Assembly (NCBI GenBank): GCA_964220215.1
Contig: CAXPTH010000023.1
Location: forward strand, 1 to 64,000
From: Alteromonas sp.
GTDB taxonomy: Bacteria; Margulisbacteria; Marinamargulisbacteria; UBA6595
Reading direction: 5' to 3'
DNA: 64,000 nt
The notes beneath the pieces were generated by a model, which was not told the DNA's origin, searched no databases, and was given only the letters and a program-made list of their open reading frames with translations. A program made the translations under genes and the position numbers. Below are positions 28,611 through 39,378 of the stretch, one piece after another. Numbering within the stretch: position 1 is the stretch's first letter; each line of letters starts with the position of its first letter.

Positions 28611-29226
28611 AAATATGGCTTTGCGCCAACTTTTCTTCGGCTAAGAGAGAAGCAGCCCGAGCCCGGTGCGAAAAGGCCCGAAACCCTTTGTCTTTTGCCG
28701 CATACGCTTCGGCAATTAAAAAGTGAATTGCGGCCAGATCATAGTGTATATCCAAGGCCTGTTGGCACCAATCTAAGACCGCGTCGTAATCGTTGGCTTC
28801 CCCTCGAATTAAGCCAATGTAGCCCATGGCCCAGACATGTTCCGGTTCCAAGTCCAAAACGGCATGAAACGCGGCCTCTGCAGCTTCTTTTTGCCCATCA
28901 AAATACAGGCCAAAGCCCAATTTAAAGGCGTGTTGCCATACTGCCGGCTCGGCTTTGCGCTTTGCTTGATAATACGCCACAATTTTTCCTGAGAAATCGG
29001 GGTCCAGCGCATCGACTTTTTTAAGCGTATCCAACCCCTTTAATACGCGACCCGTGTAGGCGTAGTTCATAGCCAATTCAAAATTCGCCGTTGCGCTATC
29101 GGGTGTTTCTTGGACCTGGCGATACAAAGCATGGTATTCTGTGACGGCCCAATCGGGCGGATAGTATACGCCAAATACTAAACTGGACACAAACACCCCA
29201 AGAATGCTGAGGTGTATCGTCCGCAT
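28579..29226 (-). CDS. exported tetratricopeptide-repeat protein
   Basis: Signal-like N-terminus; TPR-like helices (LGFGLY...AFHAVLDLEPEH..A). Confidence 0.7.
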   Translation of the reverse strand: MRTIHLSILGVFVSSLVFGVYYPPDWAVTEYHALYRQVQETPDSATANFELAMNYAYTGRVLKGLDTLKKVDALDPDFSGKIVAYYQAKRKAEPAVWQHAFKLGFGLYFDGQKEAAEAAFHAVLDLEPEHVWAMGYIGLIRGEANDYDAVLDWCQQALDIHYDLAAIHFLIAEAYAAKDKGFRAFSHRARAASLLAEEKLAQSHIYGDPDTPDDE

Positions 29227-31046
29227 TATTGGGTTGAATGACTCAGCTTAGACAATAAGGTATTGGACCGTGCAATAAACGTTTGTAGGGATTCACCCGA
29301 TACTTGCTGCTTGGATAACCGTGCCAAGTCCACCACATGCAAACACAGGGATTGAACAAACTCGGCATCGGCATTGGATTGGCTGAGCCCCACAATATTT
29401 TGAATTAATGGGCTTTGATTGTTAATCACCAACGTCATAATATCCAAGCCTGGCACTGAACCCGCCCCTTTCATGAAGTGCTGCATATTTTTTAGGCGTT
29501 TAATTTGTTCCGATTCGATGAACATAGCGGACACGGTCTCCGACTTTAACGCTTTGACTTCTACCGTTGTGGTTTCGGTATCCAACACAGACTTAAACAG
29601 ATCAACAATTTGATCATCACGGGTTTGGTTGGTATCGTCAACGACTTGTGCCGATTTAGACGCATCCACCAAACTGTCATTCACCTCCGAATCCACGGAT
29701 ACGTACTGAATATCGGACGCTTTGGATTCTAAAAACTGAACAAAATGGCTATCGATTAACGCATGGAAAAATAGCACTTCCAACCCCTGGTCTTGGCACA
29801 TTGACACATAGGTTGCCTGCCGATCTTTATCTGCGCAGTACAAGACTTTTTTGCCCAGCTTATCGGTATTGCGTTCCATGTAGGCCGCCACGGTTGTGGT
29901 ATGCCCGGACGACGACTCAAACAAGACATTGTCTTTCATTTTTTCGTAAAACTCTGCGTTTTGCATCATGCCGTATTTGATAAATGGGCTGATGTCCGGC
30001 CAGATTTTAGCATACTGATCCGCATCGTTTTTATGCAATTGGCTAAGCTTATCCGCCACTTTTTTAACAATGTGCTTGGATATTTTTTGCACGTATGGGT
30101 CATTTTGCAAATAACTTCGGGACACATTTAGGGGAATGTCTGGGCAATCGATGGCGCCTTGAAGCAACGTCAAAAATTCAGGAATAACATCGCCGGCCTG
30201 ATCGGACACAAAAATTTGCTTGCAGTATAGTTTGACCTGGCCTTTCGTTGCATCCAGTTCGTGCATCACTTTGGGGAAATATAAAATTCCGGTTAGATTG
30301 AATGGGTAATCGACGTTCAAATGAATCCAAAACAAGGGCTCTTCTTGAAAGGGGAACAAGGTTTTATAAAAGTCTTGGTAGGCCTCCGGCTTGGTATCAC
30401 TGGGGGCTTGCGTCCACAGGGGTTTTTGATGATTCGCTACCGTATCATTGACTGAAATGGGAACGGGCAAAAAGTTCGTGTATTTTTCAACCAATGTTTT
30501 TAACCGAGCTTCCTCTAAAAACGATTCGCTGTCCGCATTAATATGCAAGATAACATCCGTTCCGACGGTTGCTCGTGTCCCGGACTTCAGGGTGTAATTG
30601 GTGGTCCCATCGCAGGTCCACACGGCGGCCTCGGCATCATCCTTGTAAGACTTGGACTGTACCTCTACGGTGTCCGCAACCATGAACGCGGAATAAAAGC
30701 CCAGACCAAAGTGCCCAATGATGCTGTTTTTATCAGACTCATCATCAAATTTAGCTAAAAACTCTTCGGCGCTTGAAAATGCAATTTGAGCCAAATACCG
30801 TTCCAGCTCATCGGCGTCCATACCCAGACCCGTATCTGAAATTGTGATGGTTTTTTTGTCTTTGTTAATGGCAATATGAATGGCGTGATCGGTAAACCCA
30901 CCGGCAATTTGATTGCGTTTGGTAATGGCGTCATAGGCATTGGATACCAATTCTCTTAAAAAGACTTCGTGATCCGAATACAACCATTTTTTAATAACGG
31001 GGAAAATATTTTCGGTATGAATCCCGATCGTACCCTTCTTTTCCAT
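29226..31046 (-). CDS. htpG: chaperone HtpG (Hsp90)
   Basis: IFPVIKKWLYS, FLRELVSNA, DTGLGM, IGHFGLGFYSAF, PLNVSRS. Confidence 0.96.
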   Translation of the reverse strand: MEKKGTIGIHTENIFPVIKKWLYSDHEVFLRELVSNAYDAITKRNQIAGGFTDHAIHIAINKDKKTITISDTGLGMDADELERYLAQIAFSSAEEFLAKFDDESDKNSIIGHFGLGFYSAFMVADTVEVQSKSYKDDAEAAVWTCDGTTNYTLKSGTRATVGTDVILHINADSESFLEEARLKTLVEKYTNFLPVPISVNDTVANHQKPLWTQAPSDTKPEAYQDFYKTLFPFQEEPLFWIHLNVDYPFNLTGILYFPKVMHELDATKGQVKLYCKQIFVSDQAGDVIPEFLTLLQGAIDCPDIPLNVSRSYLQNDPYVQKISKHIVKKVADKLSQLHKNDADQYAKIWPDISPFIKYGMMQNAEFYEKMKDNVLFESSSGHTTTVAAYMERNTDKLGKKVLYCADKDRQATYVSMCQDQGLEVLFFHALIDSHFVQFLESKASDIQYVSVDSEVNDSLVDASKSAQVVDDTNQTRDDQIVDLFKSVLDTETTTVEVKALKSETVSAMFIESEQIKRLKNMQHFMKGAGSVPGLDIMTLVINNQSPLIQNIVGLSQSNADAEFVQSLCLHVVDLARLSKQQVSGESLQTFIARSNTLLSKLSHSTQ

Positions 31047-31060
31047 GTGAAAAACCTCCT

Positions 31061-32236
31061 TTAGTTTGTTAATGCGATTAAGCGAACCCGCTTAACCCCG
31101 TCTAAGGTCGTGATCTCGTCGACCAAGTTACTGGAAACATCGCCATCCAGGTCAATCAGTGTATAGGCAATGTTACCGCGGCTTTTATTCACCATTTCGG
31201 ATATATTCAAGCCATTATTGGCTAAAATAGACGTCACCTGCCCAATAATATTCGGGACGTTGTCATTGGTAATGGCCAATCGGTTTTTTCCGGTTGGTTC
31301 CATCGCACAGGTGGGGTAGTTAACCGAATTCACAATATTACCCAATGTTAAAAAGTCTTTCATTTGATTGGCAATCATAATGGCACAATTTTCTTCAGCT
31401 TCACGGGTGGATGCCCCCAAGTGTGGAATTGAAATAACTGAGGGATGCTCCACCAGCGTTTGCGATGGAAAATCGGTCAAGTACTGCTTAACGACATGGT
31501 TATTTAACGCGTCGGCCATATCGGCTTCATCCACAATATCGGGCCGCGCAAAATTAAGAACGACGGTTCCGGGCTTCATATCCGCCATAATCGATGCATT
31601 AAAAAATGCTTGTGTTTCGGGTGTCGAAGGGACATGCAAGCTAATGTAATCCACTTTTTTTAGCAACGCTTTGATGCTTTCAACCCGGCGAACCTGAGGC
31701 GATAGGCTCCACGCCCAATTAATGGAAATAAAGGGGTCTAGACCATAGACTTTCAAGCCAAAGTCAACCGCCGTGTTGGCTACCATGCTGCCAATCGCAC
31801 CCAAGCCAATGACCCCGAGGGATTTTCCTTGCAATTCTTCACCACCAAATCGAGATTTGTTCTTCTCAACTTGCTCACCCAAGCTGGCATCCACCGGCAA
31901 TGACTTGACGAACTCTAAGCCTCCCAAGACATCGCGGGATGACAACAACATACCCATAAAGACCAATTCTTTGACCGCATTGGCGTTGGCCCCAGGGGCA
32001 TTAAACACAACAACGGCGTCATCGGTACACCGATCAACAGGAATATTGTTAACCCCCGCCCCTGCACGGCCAATGGCCAAAAGCTCAGGGTTAATTGTCA
32101 TGTCGTGGAGCTTATGACTACGCAAAACGATGGCTTCCGGGTCTGCAACATCTGCGCCAACATCACAAAAGCTCGATAATTTATCGATGCCGGATTCGGC
32201 AATTTTGTTGTAAACCCGAACCTTAAATTTAGCCAT
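31061..32236 (-). CDS. serA: D-3-phosphoglycerate dehydrogenase with ACT domain
   Basis: RAGAGVNNI, NANAVKE, GLGAIG, NFAR, PHLGASTREAE; start ATG 32236. Confidence 0.9.
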   Translation of the reverse strand: MAKFKVRVYNKIAESGIDKLSSFCDVGADVADPEAIVLRSHKLHDMTINPELLAIGRAGAGVNNIPVDRCTDDAVVVFNAPGANANAVKELVFMGMLLSSRDVLGGLEFVKSLPVDASLGEQVEKNKSRFGGEELQGKSLGVIGLGAIGSMVANTAVDFGLKVYGLDPFISINWAWSLSPQVRRVESIKALLKKVDYISLHVPSTPETQAFFNASIMADMKPGTVVLNFARPDIVDEADMADALNNHVVKQYLTDFPSQTLVEHPSVISIPHLGASTREAEENCAIMIANQMKDFLTLGNIVNSVNYPTCAMEPTGKNRLAITNDNVPNIIGQVTSILANNGLNISEMVNKSRGNIAYTLIDLDGDVSSNLVDEITTLDGVKRVRLIALTN

Positions 32237-32240
32237 TGGA

Positions 32241-32666
32241 CTACCGTTTTCGGAATTGTGGGGCTTTACGGGCACCACGCTTGCCGTATTTGCTTCGCTC
32301 TTTCACACGGGCATCCCGCACCAAAAAGTCATGCTGTTTTAATTCTGGCTTCAAGCTTGCATCGGTTTCAAGAATCGCACGGGCAACACCCAATTTTAAT
32401 GCATCGGCCTGACCCGACATCCCACCACCTTTCACGGTTGCTTTCACATCGTATTTACCGTCGATACCCATTTGAGTCAATGGGCTGGCTGCAATTTGGC
32501 GCAACATGTCTGAGGGCAAGTAGTCACTCACATCACGGCCATTAATTTCGAACCGTCCAGATCCTTTAAAAATCCATACACGAGCAACCGCTTCCTTACG
32601 GCGACCCGTTCCATAGAAGCTCTCGCTGGGTACTTTTAATTTTGTTTCTTTATCTTTTGTTGGCAT
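32241..32666 (-). CDS. rpsI: 30S ribosomal protein S9
   Basis: GTGRRKEAVARV, GGGMSGQA, PQFRKR. Confidence 0.97.
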   Translation of the reverse strand: MPTKDKETKLKVPSESFYGTGRRKEAVARVWIFKGSGRFEINGRDVSDYLPSDMLRQIAASPLTQMGIDGKYDVKATVKGGGMSGQADALKLGVARAILETDASLKPELKQHDFLVRDARVKERSKYGKRGARKAPQFRKR

Positions 32667-32675
32667 GATGACTCC

Positions 32676-33113
32676 TTACACGTTCACTGGTTCAGGCTGT
32701 TGAGCCTCGTGAGGATGCTCACTACCAGCATATACTTTCAACTGATTTAAAAATTTGATTCGAGTTTTTGGCAACATGCCTTTAACGGCACGCTCAATAA
32801 TGCGCTCTGGAAATCGGCGCTTTACATCGGCATAGGATTCTGTTTTTAACCCACCGGGATATCCTGAGTGGCGGTAATATTTTTTGTCGGTTTCTTTGTT
32901 ACCCGTCACCGCGATCTGATCAGCGTTAATGACGACCACAAAGTCCCCCATATCAACACCCGGGGTATACGATGCCTTGTGCTTCCCGGTTAGTAAAATG
33001 GCCACTTCTGTTGCCAAACGACCCAAGACTTTATCTTTGGCATCAACAACCCACCATTTTTTAGTAATGTTACTGGGTTTTGGATAAAAAGACGGTTGGT
33101 TTTTACGTTTCAT
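32676..33113 (-). CDS. rplM: 50S ribosomal protein L13
   Basis: WWVVDA, LGRLA, HSGYPGG, HPHEAQQP. Confidence 0.97.
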   Translation of the reverse strand: MKRKNQPSFYPKPSNITKKWWVVDAKDKVLGRLATEVAILLTGKHKASYTPGVDMGDFVVVINADQIAVTGNKETDKKYYRHSGYPGGLKTESYADVKRRFPERIIERAVKGMLPKTRIKFLNQLKVYAGSEHPHEAQQPEPVNV

Positions 33114-33158
33114 AATGTCTCCTCACGACGATTGTATGATTAACTATGTTGCATATTG

Positions 33159-33905
33159 CTAGTACCGAACTTGGTATAGCGTCAAGCCCTTTGCAGGCAC
33201 TGGCTTATAATTATACACGATAGTCCTATCATTTGTGAATAAGTCTTTAAAATCCGCGAGTGTTTTTCGTTGATAGATCAGCTCAAATATAGCGCCAATG
33301 AGGTTTCGAACCATGCCGTATAAAAACCCATTGGCTTCGATTTCAATGCACCAATAGGCCCCATCCTTCCAACACGTTGCGGCTAAAACACGTCGGCGCG
33401 TGCTGGCGCTACTGGACCCAGACCGACAAAACCGATAAAAATCATGCTCACCAATCATAGACGGCAACGCAGCTTGGATTGTTGCAATATCGGTATCTTG
33501 GCTGGGCAAGGCTGCCACGTAGCGCGATGCCCATAAACTGGGTTGTTGATCTGAAAAATAGTATCGATATACCCGAGATTGCGCCGAATACCGTGCATGA
33601 AACGATGGGTCAACCGCCGTCACTGAGCGAATTAAGATGTCATGAAACCGCCAATTTAACAACTGCTTTTGAATGGCGGGCAATGGCATGGCGGTATTCA
33701 CTTGAAAATTAATGACTTGCTGGTGCGCATGAACCCCCGTATCGGTTCGCCCAGCGGCAACCAAGTGAACGGGCCCGAACCATTGCGTTAAGACATGTTC
33801 CAGAGCCGATTGAACCGTTCGAACCCCCGGTTGTTTTTGGTACCCATAATAATGGGTGCCATCGTATGCAATATCTAAACGAAGGTTCCGAACCGTTGGT
33901 GGCAA
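33159..33905 (-). CDS. truA: tRNA pseudouridine(38-40) synthase
   Basis: YDGT, AGRTDTGVHA, FHARYSA, FLYGMVR; TTG start. Confidence 0.94.
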   Translation of the reverse strand: MPPTVRNLRLDIAYDGTHYYGYQKQPGVRTVQSALEHVLTQWFGPVHLVAAGRTDTGVHAHQQVINFQVNTAMPLPAIQKQLLNWRFHDILIRSVTAVDPSFHARYSAQSRVYRYYFSDQQPSLWASRYVAALPSQDTDIATIQAALPSMIGEHDFYRFCRSGSSSASTRRRVLAATCWKDGAYWCIEIEANGFLYGMVRNLIGAIFELIYQRKTLADFKDLFTNDRTIVYNYKPVPAKGLTLYQVRY

Positions 33906-33906
33906 C

Positions 33907-34260
33907 CTATGAAGAGAACTGAATTAAGCTCATATCCGCATTGTCCCCTTTCCGTTTGGCTAATGGGACAAGGCTGGTGAATCCACCGTTACGAGATTCA
34001 CAAGCGCTTGCAATGGCTTTAACTTGTGTGGACAACACTTTACGGTGCGGAAACATAGCCAACGCTTGGCGATAACTTGCCAAATCGCCGCGCTTAATTA
34101 AGGCCACAATACGATCAACATACCGAGACACTTCTTTTGCTCGCGTTGTGGTTGTTTTGATTTTTTGATTCACAAACAACGCATAGGCTAAACTTCGCAA
34201 TAATGCGATTCGCTGATCGGTGGGTTTATTTAGTTTTTTATTGGATCGTCGATGTCGCAT
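33907..34260 (-). CDS. rplQ: 50S ribosomal protein L17
   Basis: MRHR...R.ALLRSL, IKTT..RAKE, RNGG, RKGDNA. Confidence 0.95.
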   Translation of the reverse strand: MRHRRSNKKLNKPTDQRIALLRSLAYALFVNQKIKTTTTRAKEVSRYVDRIVALIKRGDLASYRQALAMFPHRKVLSTQVKAIASACESRNGGFTSLVPLAKRKGDNADMSLIQFSS

Positions 34261-34262
34261 GA

Positions 34263-35219
34263 TTAACCCGGGATTTTAACATCAAACTCTTTGAGTTTTT
34301 CATTAATTTCAACAATACTTTTTTCGCCTAAATTTTTGATTCGAGACAATTCTTCATGCCCCATATCGAGCAACTGACGAACGGTGCTTACACCGCCACG
34401 CTTTAAGCAGTTGAGCGCACGAACATTCAGCCCAAGGTCATCAATACTCATGCTTTCCAAAGCCGCTGTTGTATCGCTAGCGGCATCATCTGCACTTGCT
34501 AAGGCTTCATTCACAACTGGCTTCTCATCCATCTGCCCAAACAAACTAATTTGTTTGCACAAAATAGCGGCACCTTCTTTCACCACAGCTTCCGGCGATA
34601 GCCCCCCATTGGTCCACACATCTAGAACCAATTTCTCATACCCGAGGTCTTTACCCACACGAATATTAACAACCTCATGGTTCACACGAACAACGGGTGA
34701 AAATGATGCATCCAAATAAATAACATCGGGACTCACATCGTCACTTTTCGCATTCAGGTCTGATGATAAATACCCAACGCCAGCACTGACTTCACACGTC
34801 ATTGCAACCGATACGGTATCTACGGCTTCAAACAAAAACTGATCCGGATTCAACAATGTAATGTTAGACGGAACTTTAAATTGATCCGCACGGACCTCCC
34901 CTTTGCCTTTAAACGCAAGCTCTATGGTGTATTTGTGATCATCATAGACGGTATCCGCATTCAGGGAAAAGACTAAGCTTTTTAAATTGCACAAAATATC
35001 CAAAACATCTTCACGAACATGTTCGATGGTCGAAAACTCGTGCAAAACCCCATCAATTTTCACCGATGTCACTCGAATACCTGGGATAGACGATAGCAAC
35101 ACCCGTCGCATCGCATTCCCAATACTGGTACCCATGCCTTTAATTAATGGTGAAAATGAAAACTTAGAATAGTTTTCATTGACTACCTCTTGTTGAACCC
35201 ACGCCTCAATATCACGCAT
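34263..35219 (-). CDS. rpoA: RNA polymerase alpha subunit
   Basis: GNAMRRVLLSSIPG, HEFSTI, DASFSPV, alpha-CTD LNVRALNCLKR, NLGEKS. Confidence 0.97.
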   Translation of the reverse strand: MRDIEAWVQQEVVNENYSKFSFSPLIKGMGTSIGNAMRRVLLSSIPGIRVTSVKIDGVLHEFSTIEHVREDVLDILCNLKSLVFSLNADTVYDDHKYTIELAFKGKGEVRADQFKVPSNITLLNPDQFLFEAVDTVSVAMTCEVSAGVGYLSSDLNAKSDDVSPDVIYLDASFSPVVRVNHEVVNIRVGKDLGYEKLVLDVWTNGGLSPEAVVKEGAAILCKQISLFGQMDEKPVVNEALASADDAASDTTAALESMSIDDLGLNVRALNCLKRGGVSTVRQLLDMGHEELSRIKNLGEKSIVEINEKLKEFDVKIPG

Positions 35220-35243
35220 AAAAACCTCCTTACTTAACCTAAT

Positions 35244-35627
35244 TTAAACCCGTCGATACTTTCGAGGCCGACATCCATTGTGAGGAACACTCGTGTTGTC
35301 TTCGATCGACAGCACCTCTAATCCAGCAGACTGGAGGGCTCGTATTGCGGACTCACGACCGGGCCCAGGGCCTTTAACCACAACCGCAACTGATTGAACA
35401 CCATAGTTTTCCATGGCACGCAAAGCCGCACGCTCAGCCGCTTGCTGCGCTGCAAATGGAGTCCCTTTTTTTGCGCCTTTAAACCCGGCCATGCCGGTTG
35501 AGAATGACGCCAAAACATCCCCATTGACCGGATTTGTAATTGCCACAATGGTGTTGTTAAATGTTGAATAAATACAGGCTTTGGCTGTTGGTATATTCCG
35601 CTTTGTTCCTTTCTTTTTTACGCTCAT
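35244..35627 (-). CDS. rpsK: 30S ribosomal protein S11
   Basis: [23 protein letters not shown]. Confidence 0.97.
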   Translation of the reverse strand: MSVKKKGTKRNIPTAKACIYSTFNNTIVAITNPVNGDVLASFSTGMAGFKGAKKGTPFAAQQAAERAALRAMENYGVQSVAVVVKGPGPGRESAIRALQSAGLEVLSIEDNTSVPHNGCRPRKYRRV

Positions 35628-35645
35628 AATTCTATCCTATTCACT

Positions 35646-36020
35646 CTATTTCGTTACTTTCTTCTTGCCGGCAACGGCAATGGCTTTCCCGCGTCGTGTT
35701 CGAGCATTGGTATGCGTGCGTTGACCCCGAACCGGCAATTTTCGTCGATGCCGCGTCCCCCGATACGACCCAATCTCTCGCAACCGCTTCAATGATTGCG
35801 CAACGGATCGTCGCAAATCACCCTCTAGCGTATAATTCTCTAATAGTTTTCGAAGCTTCACCACGTCCGCTTCAGCGATGTCACGCACACGCATGTTACC
35901 ATCTAATTTTAATGTTTGAATAATTTCTTGTGATGTTTTTAATCCGATGCCTTGAATATAGGTCAACGCAATTACCAATCGCTTATTTTGTGGAAGATCA
36001 ACTCCTACTAATCGAATCAT
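35646..36020 (-). CDS. rpsM: 30S ribosomal protein S13
   Basis: [28 protein letters not shown]. Confidence 0.97.
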   Translation of the reverse strand: MIRLVGVDLPQNKRLVIALTYIQGIGLKTSQEIIQTLKLDGNMRVRDIAEADVVKLRKLLENYTLEGDLRRSVAQSLKRLREIGSYRGTRHRRKLPVRGQRTHTNARTRRGKAIAVAGKKKVTK

Positions 36021-36023
36021 AGT

Positions 36024-36137
36024 CTAACCCTGCCTTTGTTTATGTTTAGGAATATCGCAAATAACGTATAATATTCCTCTTCTACGTACAACTTTACATT
36101 TTTTACATTTTTTTCGAACCGAAGCACATGTCTTCAT
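36024..36137 (-). CDS. rpmJ: 50S ribosomal protein L36 (zinc type), missed by the ORF track
   Basis: [46 protein letters not shown]. Confidence 0.95.
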   Translation of the reverse strand: MKTCASVRKKCKKCKVVRRRGILYVICDIPKHKQRQG

Positions 36138-36202
36138 GCGTATCTCCTCACCTTAAAATTACTGCTATATATGTCTATCTTAAAATTAAAGACTGGTCTA
36201 TT

Positions 36203-36231
36203 ATTATGACGAAAATTGTTGATTGCGTCAA
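36203..36231 (-). promoter_or_regulatory. internal sigma70 promoter for rpmJ-rpsM-rpsK-rpoA
   Basis: TTGACG-17-CATAAT on the minus strand in the map-rpmJ gap. Confidence 0.6.
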
Positions 36232-36252
36232 CCCACAAATTAAAATTGGTGA

Positions 36253-37011
36253 TTACACAGCACATAATGTTAGAATTTGAGGGCCATCTGCAGTCACTAA
36301 AACCGTGTTTTCATAATGGGCTGACCAGGCCTGATCTTTGGTTCGAATGGTCCACTGATCCGCATCCGTCACCGTATCTGGGTTCCCAAGATTTAGCATG
36401 GGTTCAATGGCAATGGTCATTCCTTCTGCCAATAACGTATTGGATCGAGTGGTTCGTTGGTGGGGGATTAAAGGGTCTTCGTGCAAAGACTGCCCCACCC
36501 CATGGCTGCATAAGTTCTTGGCGGTTGTCAGTTGTCGATCGCGAGCAAATTTGAAAATTGCACACCCAATTCGATCGACTTTCTGACCAATTTGAATCAC
36601 AGACATCGCATCAAAAAATGCAGCCTCAGTATCGTGAACCAATTGGGCGACTGCGGTATCCACATCGCCAATACACCAAGTCCGTGCCGCATCAACATGA
36701 TAGCCGTTGTAGCAAATACCAATATCAATACTACAAATGTCACCGGGATACATAATTTTATCCGGATACGGAATACCGTGGACAATTTCATCATTTTTAG
36801 ACACGCAAATTGTATTCGGAAACCCCTGATACCCCAAAAACGACGGTATTCCCCCGTGATCTAAAATAAAGGTATGCGCCAATGAATCTAAATGAGCAGC
36901 GCTAACCCCTTCCACGCAGGCCTGCTGTAACTCTGTGTGCAATTGAGCCAGCAGAGCCCCGCCGGCTTGCATGGCCGCAATGGCTTCGGGGGATTTAAGA
37001 ACGATGCCCAC
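36253..37011 (-). CDS. map: methionine aminopeptidase type I
   Basis: CVSKNDEIVHGIP, SIDIG, DAART, HGVG..LHEDP, IEPM, SAHYENT; likely GTG start at 37011. Confidence 0.95.
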   Translation of the reverse strand: MGIVLKSPEAIAAMQAGGALLAQLHTELQQACVEGVSAAHLDSLAHTFILDHGGIPSFLGYQGFPNTICVSKNDEIVHGIPYPDKIMYPGDICSIDIGICYNGYHVDAARTWCIGDVDTAVAQLVHDTEAAFFDAMSVIQIGQKVDRIGCAIFKFARDRQLTTAKNLCSHGVGQSLHEDPLIPHQRTTRSNTLLAEGMTIAIEPMLNLGNPDTVTDADQWTIRTKDQAWSAHYENTVLVTADGPQILTLCAV

Positions 37012-37654
37012 AACCAAATGTCTCTTGAACCGTCTGAGTAATTGAATCCAAGGGTCGACTGGTATCAATCACCACACATCGATCCGCATAGTAAGAGCGA
37101 AGAATGGCTGTTTGTTCGCAATAGGCTTGATACCGTTTGCGAACCACATCCGCTTGATCATCATCTCGAACAATTAATGGATGCCCACAATCATCACACA
37201 CATCCGCTTGTTTGGGTGGCACATACGCAACATGATAGGTGCGTGAACAATCGGAACAAATGCGTCGGCCATTAATTCGTTCCAAAACAAGATCCAACGA
37301 TGCATCAAAATACAAGACGTGCTCAATGGAACGCCCCAATGATGTTAATAATTGATCAAACTGCTCAGCTTGACCCACGGTTCGGGGAAACCCATCAAAA
37401 ATGACGGCCCCGGATTCTTGACTCAATCCGGATAGCAAGGGCTCCACAATAGCGATGAGGAGTTCATCAGGTACCAACCCCCCAGATTCTACAACCGTTT
37501 GTATTTTTTTTCCTAACACGGTTGCTCGTTTGATTTCTTCTCGCAATAAATCACCGGTTGAAACAACCACACAATCCAAAGAATCCCGCAAGAGCTGGGC
37601 TTGGGTTCCTTTACCAGACCCCGGAGGTCCTAAAAACACATAGAGTTTCTTCAA
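36995..37654 (-). CDS. adk: adenylate kinase (zinc LID)
   Basis: GPPGSGKGTQA, STGDLLR, DGFPRT, CSDC...CDDC, RDDD. Confidence 0.96.
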   Translation of the reverse strand: MKKLYVFLGPPGSGKGTQAQLLRDSLDCVVVSTGDLLREEIKRATVLGKKIQTVVESGGLVPDELLIAIVEPLLSGLSQESGAVIFDGFPRTVGQAEQFDQLLTSLGRSIEHVLYFDASLDLVLERINGRRICSDCSRTYHVAYVPPKQADVCDDCGHPLIVRDDDQADVVRKRYQAYCEQTAILRSYYADRCVVIDTSRPLDSITQTVQETFGCGHRS

Positions 37655-38913
37655 TTTAAAAATCCTTTGTACTGGTGATTCATAATATAAGTATCCACGT
37701 GCTTCACCAAATCCAACGCAACACCAACAATAATTAATAATGCAGTGCCGCCCAAACCGGCGAAGCTATTCACTCGCGTGATGTGGATACCCACAACGGG
37801 TACAATTGCAATTAAAGACAAAAACACCGCTCCAAAAAAGGTCAACCGAGTAATAATGCCCTCCAGATAATCGACTGTGGGCTTACCCGGACGAACCCCA
37901 ATCACAAACCCGCCATGTTTTTTTAAGCTATCGGACAATTCAACGGGATTAAACGTAATGGCCGTATAAAAATAAGTAAAAAAGAAAATTAAAATACAAA
38001 ATAATGCATTGTACACAAACCCATCGTAGCGGTACCACGTCGATACCATGGACTGAAACGCCTCATTGGGAATATAGCCCATAATCATAATTGGAAACTG
38101 AAGAACCGCCGAGGCGAAGATAATCGGCAAGACGCCACCTTGAATTAGCTTCAGCGGAATATACGTGCTTTGAGCCCCCATCATACGACGCCCAACCACT
38201 CGCTTGGCATATTGAACTGGTATATTGCGTTGGGCCTCTTGAACAAATACAATACCGGCGATCACGGCAATTAATATTAAAATTAATGCCACGATTCCCA
38301 CAACACTCCCCCCACCCTGAACAAACACAACCGTGTTTTTTATATAAACCGGCATCTGTGCCACAATCCCAATAAAGATAATAAGCGAGGCCCCGTTACC
38401 AATTCCACGCTCGGTAATAAGCTCACCAAACCACATAACTAGCGTAGCCCCAGCGACTAAGCCAATCAACGCATAAACAAAAAATGTCACTGTTGATACA
38501 TGCGCAAACAAAAATCCCTTAAACGTAACCGATACAACAATCGCCTGAACCAAGGCCAGCACTACGGCTAAATAACGCGTATATTGGGACACTTTCTTTC
38601 GCCCCACATCGCCTTCTTGAGCCAATTCTTTTAACGATGGCGAAACCACCGTCATCAACTGCATAATAATCGACGCATTAATAAACGGAATAATACCCAA
38701 GGCAAACAATGAAAACCGACTCAAGCCGCCACCTGAAAACAAATTCACAAAGCCCAGCAGCCCCCCTTGATCAAACAGCGCCCGAACTTGGTTTAGATCA
38801 ACACCTGGAATTGGAACGTAGCCACCCAAGCGGTACAAAAACAAAATTAAACAAACAAATAAAAATCGTTTTCTAAGATCCGGTAGCGTAAACGCCAGAA
38901 GCAGTTTATTCAT
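37651..38913 (-). CDS. secY: preprotein translocase SecY
   Basis: FALGIIPFINASIIMQL, GIGNGASL, IPVQY, GVRPGKPT, GGTALLI. Confidence 0.98.
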   Translation of the reverse strand: MNKLLLAFTLPDLRKRFLFVCLILFLYRLGGYVPIPGVDLNQVRALFDQGGLLGFVNLFSGGGLSRFSLFALGIIPFINASIIMQLMTVVSPSLKELAQEGDVGRKKVSQYTRYLAVVLALVQAIVVSVTFKGFLFAHVSTVTFFVYALIGLVAGATLVMWFGELITERGIGNGASLIIFIGIVAQMPVYIKNTVVFVQGGGSVVGIVALILILIAVIAGIVFVQEAQRNIPVQYAKRVVGRRMMGAQSTYIPLKLIQGGVLPIIFASAVLQFPIMIMGYIPNEAFQSMVSTWYRYDGFVYNALFCILIFFFTYFYTAITFNPVELSDSLKKHGGFVIGVRPGKPTVDYLEGIITRLTFFGAVFLSLIAIVPVVGIHITRVNSFAGLGGTALLIIVGVALDLVKHVDTYIMNHQYKGFLN

Positions 38914-38919
38914 GAGTCA

Positions 38920-39378
38920 CTACAGCACGTGTGCAGTAGATCCAGACTCCGCTAATTTCTCAAGCGCTGATTTTGAAAATGCATGCGCATGCACGGTTAT
39001 CACTTTTGACAAGGACCCATCACCCAATACTTTAACTCGCTCATACTGCGCAATACCAAATTGAGTCATCAAAAATTCTTGATCCACACAATCATTGGCT
39101 TTACACCTGTTGTCTAAGTCTGACAAATTTAGAATTCGGTACTCCACACGAAACCGATTTCGAAACCCTGCTTTTTTAGGCAATCGACGATACAAGGGGT
39201 TTTGACCACCCTCAAACCCACGCTTCCGGCTGTAACCGGATCGTGACTTCTGACCTTTGTGCCCACGGCCACATTCTCCACCGAAACCAGACGCATTGCC
39301 TCGACCAACACGCTTGCGTTTTTTAACAGACCCCGGAGCGGGGGCCAACTCTGTATGATTTTGACACTTATTGCTCAT
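38920..39378 (-). CDS. rplO: 50S ribosomal protein L15
   Basis: RVGRG, GRGHKGQKSRSG, FEGGQNPLYRRLPK. Confidence 0.96.
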   Translation of the reverse strand: MSNKCQNHTELAPAPGSVKKRKRVGRGNASGFGGECGRGHKGQKSRSGYSRKRGFEGGQNPLYRRLPKKAGFRNRFRVEYRILNLSDLDNRCKANDCVDQEFLMTQFGIAQYERVKVLGDGSLSKVITVHAHAFSKSALEKLAESGSTAHVL

